Assembly: GCA_048213135.1 (NCBI GenBank)
Contig: PS015088.1
Coordinates: 64,180-128,179, forward strand
Origin: Reclinomonas americana ATCC 50394
Taxonomy: Eukaryota
Reading direction: 5' to 3'
Length of the DNA stretch: 64,000 nucleotides
Positions 49,501 to 61,407 of this stretch are shown one piece after another. Under the pieces are notes generated by a model. That model did not search any database and was not told the origin of the DNA. It saw only the letters and a program-made list of their open reading frames with translations. The translations under genes and the position numbers were made by a program. Position 1 is the first letter of the stretch. Every line of letters begins with the position of its first letter.

Positions 49501-50160
49501 GCAACTGTAGCGCAACGTGGTTGCTCCCCCAGGCACCGTAGTAGCTGTTTTGATGGTATACTGCACTCTCCTTGCTCTGGTACTGGTCAAAACGACGCTC
49601 ATCGCGCTTGCCTTGCACAATCAACTGTGCATTCAAGAAGACAGATGAGAACGAGCAACACCAATCAACGACTGCACCGAGACAGCAACTCACGGAGAAG
49701 ATGAACGCCTCCGAGTCGTAGTGGTACTGCCCGTTAGTGCCCCACTAATGGAACACACAAAATCAGATCAAATTACATTTGTACATGACGGATGGATTGA
49801 CGCAACGTGTGTGGTCTTGAAGCCACCAAGCAGGAACTGCGACCCACCACTGCCACCTCCGGCAATGGTGATGGTGTTGCGCAGGCCAGAGGCATCCGTC
49901 TTTTGATGGAATGTCGAATACGATGAACCATCTCGTGTGTACCGGTACACCAGACGCAGACGACTGATGCACACATGCACACGCAGCGAGAGGTTAGAAG
50001 AGGTAAGAAAAAAAGAAGAAGAGAGTGTGTGTTGCGAGACATGAGCGCACCACGACGAGTATCCGAGAAAGTTCTGAATGGCCGTCACATCGGCCTCAGT
50101 CAACAGAGCGCTCTCCACCACAGGCAGAATCTGGCGACGAGGACGAGATCCGCTTGCCAT
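46585..50160 (-). CDS. IFI44/IFI44L-like protein: TLDc + helical LP-repeat linker + P-loop GTPase-like domain + SAM-like tail
   Basis: ATG 50160. TLDc: RLVYRYTRDGSSYSTFHQKTD, LLGGFKTT, YDSEAFIFS, GAWGSNH|DLYF, TELEVHEI. GTPase part: REQLLQKL, INFLVAGEVKAGKTSLLNTLKSI (G1 at 48535-48558), SGDSSTSLTQR, FLDMMGW (G3), CADELAYIVQG, NPNPTVCDE|VHCLLLII, GIPTMILVSKVD (G4), TYRDE...EVSVLRAI. Tail VA|DFLRQYL...HLRSKGIYDAE|SLCE...AGMRKTLEKQL, stop 46585. GT-AG junctions that keep the frame were found throughout. Confidence 0.8.
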
Positions 50161-50396
50161 GGCTCTCACACACAAATGAGAAAATTGTGATTCCGTTTGC
50201 ATGCGACAGGACATGCATTCCCGTCTTGGTGGATATTGACAGGACTGTTTCGAAACGCGACAGAATTGCAGTGCGTCTCGTTGCCGCTGGTGGTGTGTGT
50301 TGTAGTCTGAGAGACTGTGAGTGAGAGTGCGTCTTTGAGAAGCGCGCCAACTGCCCAGCTGCAGCAGACAGGACGCAATATCCCGTTTCCTATCCA

Positions 50397-52546
50397 ATGC
50401 TCTCTGACGAGCAACAGTTGCAGCTGCTGTGCTGGATTGGCCGCGATGGGTACGCATGCACACACATGCCACTCTTCTGCACCACTGCATGCTCACTTGT
50501 GTTCCCAGGCAACGACTTCGTCTTCACGAGTTGCATTCGTCGCGGAGTGGTCGCTCGGGGTTCTCCACTGCTGAGGTGGCCAATGTGGCCGAGCGATACG
50601 CTTCCTCGTCGTTGTTTGTGGTGTTGTGGACGGCCAATCAGTCGATTGTGGGCGCATACACAACGCGTTCGTGGAAAGCCGCGCGATGTGACCCGCATGC
50701 GTTCTTGTTTGCAGTTGCGCACTCGTGTGAAAGCAGAAGCTTTTGTGAGTCTCTGACGTGGGGACTCCAGCTGGCAGTGGGCGGTCAACCAGTGGCGTGT
50801 GTGCTGGAGAATGCAGGTGTCGCGAGGCATCAAGATTATGTGTGCGGATTGGTTCGGAAGCATCCACAGGTGGACTCGAGAGTGATCAGCTTTGGCGCTG
50901 GTCCGGTGAGTGTCTACTATATGCACTGTCATGGCCGTCTCTTCCTCGCGCGTGCTGAGTGCAGTGGTGCAGGATCTCGCGTTGCAGCACGGTGTGTTGC
51001 TTGTTCCATCGCGTAGTATGTTTTCCAGTGCTGCGACGTATCAAGCACAAGACACACTGCGAGTGGTGTGGTGAGCATGCTGTGCTGTGCATCCACCACG
51101 ACTCGGCACTCAATGACACTGTTTGCGTGCCACAGCAACCCTGGCCACTCATTCGAACCCTTTGACGATCACACTAGGCGACTCGATCCCGAGCTCTTCA
51201 GCAGCACCGGCTCGCAAGTGGTGCAACTCGCAGTGTATGCCGTGGTCGCAGGTTCGTTGCACTCTCTCTTTTGTCTGCGTCGTGCTTCTAATTCTGTGCC
51301 ACAGGGGGCGAGCCACTTCGAAAACCTGCTGCGCACTCCACTGCAGCCGCACCTCCACCGTCACTGCCTGCACACCGCCTGTCTGAACTGCAGGCGTTGA
51401 GCGGGCAGAGCGACCAGTGTGTCAGTGCACTGCGGCAGCTGCCGAATGTGGATGACCTGTTGGCAAAGCTGCACACCGTGCTATGTTACCAGCAGGATTC
51501 CATCCAGAGCCTGTGCGCTGAGAACTCCGCCTTTCGCCAGCTGCATGCCGTGCCATCGCTGCTGGTGCGTCTGTCCACCTGCACTCTTGCATTGATGCCT
51601 TCTCTTGTTTTCACCACGCCAATCTCCAGCAGGTTACAGTTGGAGGCACTGGCGCAGCACCGAGCGCGACCGGAAGACCATTACCACCGCCAGCACGTCA
51701 GCCTGTTGTACAACCACCACCACCACCACCGCCTCCTCCACCTCCACCCTCGCCACCTCTCCCACCACTTCCGCCACCTGCTGAATCTGTGGACCACGTG
51801 AATCGCACTCGAGCACCCGACATGGAGTTTGCACTCGACGACGACGACAGGCATGCCGAGCGTGCCATAATGTCGCCAGTGCCGCGGATGATGTACGTTC
51901 CGCGGATTGTTGTGGTGTGCTCACAAATTGCAGAGCGTGACTTTACGTCGGCCTACTGCCTGCCCGAGGTGTGCCGAGCGTTGCAAGTTGCAGGTACGTC
52001 AGGAGACAACACAGAGAGGATTGGAGGTGGTGTGAGTGTGCTCAACACGAAGAATCGTCTCAGGTGCCTTCCGAGTGGTCTCCCTGGCCGATCGTCCTCG
52101 CCACATCGACGGTGTTTTGGTTGCTCTGCGCGTGTCGGGACGGATAGAGACTGACGAGATTCGCACCTTCTTTCGTCGGGTGCTCGGCAGTGGTGGTGGT
52201 GCGTTGCAGTCATACCGATAAGTGGCTTCTCCTTTGCAACTCATGATCGCTGTGTGGTGCAGCAGGCTCTTCGTCGTCATCATCATCATCATCGAGAGAA
52301 CCCGTGCGACAGGTGCTGTTGTCGTTCATGAATGAGCCGAGCAAGCCGTGTGACTCGGATGACGAGCTGAAGACCGGTATCCCGGCCTCGGAGCTGGCAC
52401 GCAGCGGGATTGCATGCATCGACATGCGCTTCGTGGAAAAGTTCCCCAGTCCGTCGCGCTTTGTCACAGACCGCGGATTCAACCGCCAGCAGCTGGCGAG
52501 ATTGGACGAGGCGCTGGGTGGCACGGGTGACGAGTGGAGCGAGTGA
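50397..52546 (+). CDS. Divergent TLDc protein with coiled coil, poly-Pro linker and an unassigned C-terminal alpha/beta domain
   Basis: MLSDEQQLQLLCWIG, LFVVLWTANQSIVGAYTTRSW, DPHAFLFAV, ISFGAG and QLAVYAV follow the TLDc motif order. A helical exon, a PPPPPPPP linker and RIVVVCSQ...IDGVLVALRVSGRIETDE...VLLSF...IDMRFVE follow, stop 52546. The start and some junctions are tentative. Confidence 0.62.
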
Positions 52547-53508
52547 AGCGCGCGAACTGTTTTGAATGGCGAGAGGCCGGCGCCGGCATTGATTTTTCTG
52601 CCACAACGGCCGACTTTTTCCCTGCAACCACCAGTGACCGGTTGTCGACACACTTCCCCAAAGCGCTATGAACGCATGGGCGCCAGCGCATTTGAAGGGA
52701 AAGGCGCGCGCCAATCATCATCAATACACATGCATGCGCAAATTCGAACACGGAAGGACTCTGTCGATGCCTTGCGCGGCCACACGTGCAAGTCGACACG
52801 CTCGCACTGCAAACGGCAGCGTGTGGGATACACAAGAGAAGAAGAAGACTTTCTGTATTCCCAGCGCGGCTTTTGGACATTCCAATTGTCGGCGGAGTCA
52901 CACATTGTCGTTGTGCGCACGAGAGAAAGACGAAACACAAACACCACACTCACACTCACACTGTTGTCATTTTCTCTGTTTGCGCAAGTGAGTGAGCGTG
53001 AGCGTGCGAGTGAGTGAACACAAGAAAGAGAGCGACGTCATCGCACAAGTGTGTGTGCGCGCGAGAGTGGGAAAATGTCCGCGGCCATGTCCACAGGGTG
53101 AGCTAAACACACCGCTCTCTCTCTCTCTCTCTCTTTCTTCCTCCCTCTGTCACACACACGCACATGCACCACACCACATCCTCTCTGCTCTCCCACAGCG
53201 AGAGCAACACATTCCTTTCGCACCCTCAGGCATATTCGCCACTGTGTGATGGCGATGGATATTCTGCTCAGCCCAAATGAGACATTCTCTCCTCTCAAAA
53301 ATCGTTTGTACACGCTCTCTTTCCCTCACACACTTGTCTCTGCGCACATGCGCCTGTGAGCGCGCGCACGAGAGAGACAATGAGTCGCGCGTGTGCGTGA
53401 GTGGGGGCACAGACCGTGTGAGACCATATTTGAGTGTTAGACACGCCCACTCGCTTTTCACTCCGTATGTGTTCTCTGGCACACTCACTCGCTTTGCCTC
53501 AAATACAG

Positions 53509-56500
53509 AACTGAGGTCGATGCCGCACCTCCACCTCCACCACCAGCAGCAGCAGTGGAGAAAGTCGCCACTGACTCCTCCTCATCATCGACGTCATCAT
53601 CAGTTGGTGTGGTGCGCATCTCGCCCTCCACACTCGTGCTCCCGCAGCATTACTCGTCCGAGGAGGCGGCCGCCCTCAGCGTGGCCATTGCCAAGGGCGA
53701 CATTGAAGAGGCGCGACTCATCCTCTACCGCAACCGCGCGCTCTTCAAAGCCGACTTACCCGACGCCGCCATGTCGAGTGAGGTGCGCCAGTTGGCCTCG
53801 CAGCGACGCCTGCTCAAGGCCATGATGCTGCGCGCGAATGGAGTCCCGGTCGAGTCGCTGCTGGCCTACCTCCACCAGGACGAGAAACAAGCGGACGGCG
53901 ACGCTGCTGTGCCTGTGCCGCCGCACGTTGCCGGGACGACGCCGTTGCATTTGGCGGCGCAGCTCGACGAGACCGACATGATACGGTACACACAAAGAAA
54001 AAGAGCGTTTCCTTGTGTAAGTCGCCGCCGTTTTCTGACTTAGATGATGATGGCAGGTGGCTGGTGAATGAGCAACCGTGGTTGTTGGTGGTGCGAGACG
54101 CGCACGAGCGAACGCCGGCGGATGTGGCGCGCGCCATGGGAAATCGAATGGCGGGCGAGGTGTTGCAGCAGTTGCTGATGGAGCACTTGTCTGCTGGTCA
54201 GTCTTCTTCTTCGTCGTCTGCAGAAGATCATCAAAAACACGGTGGTTTGTTGTTTGGTTTTGGGCGGCGGGCGTCGTGAGTGGTTGCGGTGGTGGTGGGC
54301 GGGTTGATGTCGTCCTCCTGCTTCTCCTACTCCCACGTCACGTACGCACACACACGCGCGCGCTCGTGCCTGCCACTTGCCACCTTGTTGTGCCTGTTTC
54401 TCCACACTGCAGAGCACATTCTCCTCTTTTCCTCTTTCGAATATACCCTCATTCGTTTCCCCTCTTCTCTCTCTCATTCCCTTCTTTTGCCTCTCTCTCT
54501 CTCTCCCTCTCTGTGTGTGCGTGCATGGCATTCTCCTTTTTCTTTCTTTTTGTCGTCAGGCTCAATGGGGATGGTGCATCACTCCGCTGCCGCCGGTCGC
54601 AAAACTCCCTCTTTCCCCTTTGCTCATTTCCTCCCGTTACTCTTTTTTTTCCCTTCTGTTGCGCGTTCATGCACACCTCCCACCTTCACTTTATTCTCTT
54701 CTCTACTGATGCTGCCACCCGCCCTGCTATCACCGCCTTTCTCCGATACCATTGGCGACCACTATTCCTCTTTATTCGAACACTCCTATTCTGGTCGCAT
54801 ATGATTCACGTGTTCCCATCTCCTATCCTCCCGTCTCCTCCCTATCTTTTCCCCTCTCCCAGTACTCTCATTCACCTCGTTTCTCATTCTAATCGATGTT
54901 ATTCACCCTCACCCCATTAAGATTCTTCGTGTTCGAATGTCCAACAATTTGTGCGCCACACAGGCTCGCAAGATGTCGTTCAATTGCAACGTGCATTGCA
55001 AGAACACGAGACGGCGCTCATCCAGGCGCGCATGATCCTGGAGAGCTCCGATGCCGCCGCACGCGCTGCTCGCGAGGAGCTGCAAGCGAATTTCATTCAG
55101 ATACTGACCACGGAACGGGAGGCGCATGAGCGCAATGAGCTCGTGCATCGCCAGCGCGAGGAGCAGCTGCGGTCGCGACAGCAGGAGTTGGAGAAGCGGA
55201 ACAGTGAGTCACGGAAGATGGCCGACGAGGCGCGCGCGGAGTTGCGGAGAGAGCGGGATGCGCGGTTGCGAGCCGAGGCCGAGCTGGCGCAATTACGGCA
55301 GCGCTACGATCCGTTGTCGGGCGGTTCCGGCAGTTGCGTTCTGTCGCCAAGAAAAGGGGATAGTATTATTATTGTGGTGGCCTGACACACTGCTCATTAG
55401 GCGACTCGTCGTCGGGGAATGGGGATCGCGAGTCGAGTCCACCGCAGGGCAGCTCCAGTGCCGACGCCCAGAGCAGCCCGATTGCGGAGATGCACCGCAA
55501 GGTGGTGGAAATGCGGCGGCAGCTGCATTCGTTGTGCATTCCGTCGGTGTTGCGGGCTGTCAGTGTGGTCACGGAGGTGCGTTGTGGGAGCACAGGGAGG
55601 AAGAGAGGGAAAGAGGGACAGAGAGGATGAGGAGGGGGGCACTGTCAGTGTAGTCACGGAGGATTGTCGTGGGAGCACAGGGAGGAAGAGAGGATTCTCG
55701 TCGCTTCTTGCTACCTTTTCTTCTTTACTCCCCCTTCCTTANNNNNNNNNNNNNNNNNNNNTTCCTCATCCTTCCCTTTCCCCTTCTCCCCCTCACCTTC
55801 CCCCCCCTCCACCGACAGGCCCGCGAGGTCCAACGAAGTGCCAAATTCGCCGAGCAATTCACCACCAGCTCAGCGTACCGCGCCGCCGCCGGCTGCCGAC
55901 AGCTGGTGGACACGGCGAGCGGATCGTTGAGTCGATTCACTCTTCCTCCCGCCCTCTCTCCCCTCTCCAGTCCCTCACCAGCACACAGATGGAATGACAC
56001 GCTGGAGAGGGCCACCAACGACCGCCTCATGCGTACCGAACTGGCGGTGCGCACTCTGCGCTCCATCATTGAGAAAACNNNNNNNNNNNNNNNNNNNNNN
56101 NNNNNNNNNNNNNNNNNNNNNNNNNNNNNNNNNNNNNNNNNNNNNNNNNNNNNNNNNNNNNNNNNNNNNNNNNNNNNNNNNNNNNNNNNNNNNNNNNNNN
56201 NNNNNNNNNNNNNNNNNNNNNNNNNNNNNNNNNNNNNNNNNNNNNNNNNNNNNNNNNNNNNNNNACAGGCGCTGCTGTCGGAACACGAGTCGCTGGCCGG
56301 CTCTCTGCAGGCACAAGCCAGCACTCCCACCATCAATGGCTCCTCGTCGCCGGACTCGGTCGACGACGAGTCGAGCAACTCGAATTCATCGAGCGGTGCG
56401 TTTTCCCTCCTATCCTCCCAGTCTCCCATCAATCTGCCCTCACACACATTCTCCCCTCTCTGCAGACTTGTCGTCCAACGCCGTCGAAGTCGTCAGCCCG

Positions 56501-59500
56501 GCGTTGATTGCTCAGTTGCACCGATGGATGGAGACTCACTGGGCGCGCATCGAAGCCGCCGTGCTGGCCACGGACGGTAGCGTCGTGTCACACGGACTCA
56601 ATGGCAACATTCACCACGAGGCCGACGCACTGTCGCAGGCCCTCGATGCTGTGCCGGTCACCGCCGAACACGTCGGCCTCATTCGCTCCATTCTGGTGCG
56701 TGCGTGGGTGGAGAAAGGGGGCGAAGGGACTGTCATATTAAGAGTCTCACACGCGCGTGTGCAGGGCAAGAGCGCGCGTTCGTGCAGCTCCGTCCTGGCC
56801 CTGCTCGTCACCGAGTGCAATCGCCTCTCGCGTGGCCTGGACGTGCAACGGCGCTCCATCCACGTGTGCGACGAGGTCACCGAGGCCTCGCACGAGGCGC
56901 GTGTGGCCGACCGCGCACTGCGACGAGCACTGGTGCGGGGAAGGAGATCTTTTTTTCTTCTTGCGCATATCGGCTCACCACCACATGCAGGTCGACTTGG
57001 AGGAGCAGCAAGACGACGGCGCCAGCCAACCGGTGCTTGCCATGCTGGCCACCACTGTGGAGGAACGCCGCGAGGCACTCGGCAAGGCGCAGGAGAGATT
57101 AGCCCTGTGCAGTCACGCCCTGACGCTGCTGGAGAACGAGGAGTGGGTGCCGGAGCTCACGCTGCGGTCTCAGCGTGCTGTCGAGGCACTTGGTCAGCAG
57201 GTTTGTGAAAGGAAGGGAGAGGGGAAGGGAGGGAGAGAGAGAGAGAGAGAGGAGGAAGGGGGAACGATAGAGGTTGGTGGTGATCTTAACAAAAGGATCT
57301 GGAGGAGAATTTGGAAAAGGGGGAAACAGAGAACAGGATGAGGAAGAGAAGAGGCAGAGAGTATGAGTGTGCATTGCGCAGAAGTAGCCACGAGGCCGCG
57401 AGCAGGTCATGACTTCGGCCCTGCTTTTATGTACTTCTCTCCCATTCAATACTCGCCCCTCCGTTTTCTGTATATCGCCCTCCACTCCTGTCTCCCGTTT
57501 CTGTCTTCTTCCATCTCCCTTCTCTTCTTTCTGTCTCCATTTTCTACCGTTTCACCTTACTTCTCCCACCCACTCGTCTCCATTCGCGCTTCTCCCAAGT
57601 CGCACTTTTCATTCCCTTACCCACCCTTGACGCCCTTCACGTCCTTCCTTTTCGCACTCTTCCTCTCCATGCTTCTCGCTCTCCGCCCTCCCTCCTTCCC
57701 AATCCTTCCCCCTTGATTACTTCCCCCTTCATCTTCTCCCTTTTTTTCCCCTTTCCCCCTCTGCCCCTTCCGTCTTCCCCCTTCGTCTTCCCCCCTTCGG
57801 TCTTTCCCCTTCACCTTCCCCCTTCACCTTCCCCCTTCACCTTCCCCCTTCACCTTCCCCCTTCACCTTCCCCCTTCACCTTCCCCCTTCACCGTCCCCC
57901 TTCACCTTCCTCTTCCACCTTTCCCCTTCCCCCTTCCCCCCCTTTTCCTCACCCGCGCTCTTGTCCACCACCGCAGCACGTCATCCCCACCGTCCTACTG
58001 CGAAGCCCCTTCCTGATGCCGACGGTACGCGAGGACGCATTTGTCGACGTGGAGGAGGTGGCGGGTCGGAGAAACGTGTATCGCGCAAGGTGCGTCACCT
58101 CACTCGTCTCTTTTCTTGCTTCGCAGCGCTAACTCCTGTCATGCAGGTTGCGAGAGGACGGCAGCCGGTGGATTCTCAAGCGATACACGCTCGGCGATGA
58201 GCAGGCACGCCACCGCTTCCTTCGCGAAGTCAGCATTCTTCGACAGGTTTGTTTCATTGTTTCTTTTTGTCTGTCTCTTCTCTCCCTCTCACTCTCTCTT
58301 GCAGGTACAACACCCGAACGTGGTCCGCCTGCGCGGTTACTTTTTGGGCGACAAGAGCGCCGAGGATGTGATTGCCGTGTTCTCCTACCCGGGACTGCGC
58401 TCGTTGACAACATGGTGCCGCGAAAAACAGCGATCGGAGAGCGAGATCCGTGAGGTGTTCTTTGGATTGTTGCAGGTGCGGTTGTTCTTTCACATCGTTG
58501 CCTGTTGTGTGAGAGACCACAACTGAACACACATCGGGGGACTTCGATGCAGGGATTGGTGGCTCTCCATCAGCACGACGTGGTGCATTGCGACTTGAAC
58601 TTTGAGAATGTGATTATCAGTGCCGACGGGCAGCCGCGCATCGTCGACTATGACATTGCCGATGGTCCTCGGCCGCTGACGCGTCGCTTGGCAGTGGCAG
58701 GTGTGTTCTGCTACGCACGCTGCTTCCCCACTATTTGCACTCACCTTTCCCTTCATCCGCACAGCCGAGGGCTCCGACGGCTTCCTCGCACCCGAGGTGA
58801 TCGAGTGCATGGCCCGCCAGCGAAACGGCCTGCTGGCCTCCACGGAGCCGTCCCGTGACCTGTTTGCTCTGGGTGTTATGCTTTTCCAGGCGATGGTCGG
58901 CATGGATCGAGCAGTGTCGGTGGTGCCCGCGGGTGCCAGCGGCGGCTGGGAGGTCCATCTGGATCAGGCCGCCATCACCTCGCCCACGCTTCTGTCACTT
59001 GTTCTGGCACTGGTCAGTGATATGCGCACATGTGTGCGTGTGTTTGTCGTGCGTTGTCTCACTGCCGTGGCACACAGGTTGAACCCGATCCAAAGAAACG
59101 CATTTCGGCGCTCGACGCACTGGCACACCCATTCTTCCGACTCCACTCATTACCGGCGTATGCCGTCGACGCGGCCACTTCACTGGCCGAGCAGCGCGTA
59201 CAGTCGATTCGTGAGCAACTCGCACGCATGAGGACACACGCCGGACCGTACATTATGCCAGTTGCGGGCATGCAGAGATTTTTCTTTGTCGAAGAGGCTG
59301 AGTGACTCAACTGTGGGTGCGCGCACAGATTCAAGTTTCGCGCGAATCACTGGTCACCGACGGCGCCTCGTTCTTCCTGTCCATGGAGCCGTCGAACTGG
59401 ATTGTGCCACTGCGTGTCTCGTTTTTGGGCGAGGAAGGAGTGGATGCGGGCGGCCTCACTGCGGAGTTTTTCGCTCAGGTTTGTGAACACACTGTTCTTC

Positions 59501-61356
59501 TCATCGCCTGTTGATCCTCTTTGTCATCCCAACACGCGATGCTTTCCTCGCATCTCCTTTCTCGTTACCCTTCTCGCTCCTTTCCAACTGTTGCTTTTCT
59601 TGATCCTCTCTGTCATCCCAACACGCGATGCATTCCCCGCATCCCCTTCCCGTTACCCTTCTCACCCCTCTCCAACTCTTGCTATCCTTTTGCCGTCCCA
59701 ACACGCGATCCTTTCCTCACATCTCCTCTCTCGTTACCCTTCTCGCTCCTTTCCAACTGTTGCTTTTCTTGATCCTCTCTGTCGTCCGACTCTTTCCTCC
59801 CATCTCCTTCCCGTTACCCTTCTCGCTCTTCCCCAGCTCTTGCCTTTCTTGATCCTTTTTGTCGTCCCAACACGCAGTTCATTCGTCGCATCTCTTTCCC
59901 TTGTTGCTTTCTTGATCCTCTCCGTCGTCCCAACACACGATCCTTCCACATCCCCTTTGCCCTTCTCACTCTTCCCCAGCTCTTCCCTTTCTTGATCCTT
60001 TTTGTCGTCCCAACACACGATCGTTTCCTCGCATCTCTTTCCCTTGTTGCTTTCTTGATCCTATCTGTCGCCCCAACACGCGATCCTTTCCTCACATCCC
60101 TTTCCCTTTACCCTTCTCGCTCCTCTTCGGCTGTTGCTTCTCGTGATCCTTTCCTCGCGTCTCTTTCCCTTCACCCTTCTCACCCCCTCCGCTCCTCTTG
60201 CAGTTCTTTGAGCAACTGTGCACCAAGTCGAACGCATTCGTGCGGGAGGACGAGCACGACGCGCAGTACTACCACGTGGCGCCGCTGCACGTCATGTCGC
60301 GCGAACACCGAGAGCAAGCGGAGCTGACGTTGCTGGCGTTTGGTCGCGCCCTGGCCAAGTGTCTGTCGGAGGCGCACGCGGCGCTGCCGGCTCCCCTGTA
60401 CTCGGACGTGATCCTGGAGCTGCTCGGCTCGACTCCACGCGCGCGCATGTTTTGCGATCCAAATGATGTGACGGCCGACGCTGCCGAGGCGCTGCTGCGC
60501 GCACTCGAAGTGATTGTGCCGTCGGTGGCCAGGAGCTTGCGCTTCACCCTGGTGCAGTTCGAGGCCTCCATGTTGTTCTTTGACGATGTTGTACCCGAGT
60601 TTTTGCCAAGCACTGTCAGTTGCGTGCGGATAGGGAGAATGGGATTGGCATGGCGAGTGGCTCACGAGATTGCTTTGCAACACAGATGCACGTGATGGCG
60701 TCACGGAGGAGAATCGCTTGTCGTACGTTTGTGCCCGCGCTCGCACGGTGTTGCTGGGTCAGGGCCGGTTGGACGCCATCTCAATAATTAAGCGCGGAGT
60801 CCGGGATTGTCTGGCACCCGCGTTGGGCGATCAGGTGTGTGTGCGCGCGCGTCATGGAATCGTTAGTCGTGGCACTCATTTCTTCTCGAATATGCTGCAG
60901 CTGCTCAACTCCATGGGTGCCTTTGAATGGCTGCGCGCACTGCCGGCAACGCAGGAGTCTGTCGGTGCGTCCTTCTCCTTCATCGTCTCCCCTGTCCCTC
61001 TCACCACCGCATCGCTCACCGCTCGCACAGATGCCGAGGCCCTCATCGACCTGCTGCGCTTTGAGCACTTCCCTGACGCAAGCGAGGCACCCCATGTGCT
61101 GGCCCAGGCGCTGCGCGAATTCACACAAGATGAGTTGCGCCAGTTCCTCAAGTTTGTCACCAATCTGCCGGGGCTGCCGTTCGGACATCCGCGACCGGTG
61201 TTGGTGGTGGCCTCGGCGGCTGGTGTCGAAGAGCTCCCGACGGCGCACACCTGTGTGCCGCAGTTGGATCTCAGCTGGCATCACTCGTCGGCCGAGGTGC
61301 TCGGTCGTGTGCTGCGGACGGCGATTGCGCAGTGTGTTGGCTTTGGATTCGCGTAG
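53509..61356 (+). CDS. Ankyrin repeats + coiled coil + protein kinase (non-RD, DYD) + HECT E3 ubiquitin ligase fusion
   Basis: ANK: GTTPLHLAAQLDETDMI|RWLV, ERTPADVA. Coiled coil ~54964-55310. Kinase 57977-59140: WILKRY, FLREVSILRQ|VQHPNVVRL, VVHCDLNFENV, IVDYDIA, GFLAPE, DLFALGVML, DPKKRISALDALAHPFF. HECT 59329-61356: LRVSFLGEEGVDAGGLTAEFF, VTEENRLSYV, RQFLKFVT, LPTAHTC (Cys codon 61252), GFGFA stop. The true start is not resolved, and the ANK-to-kinase link crosses N gaps. Confidence 0.8.
59510..60175. repeat. Intronic degenerate minisatellite in the HECT region
   Basis: ttcttgatcct...tgtc(a/g)tcccaacacgcgat and cgttacccttctcgctc each recur several times. Confidence 0.8.
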
Positions 61357-61407
61357 TTCTCCTCTTGTGCAGTGTACACTTTGTTTTACCCCCTTGTTTA
61401 TTTCTTC

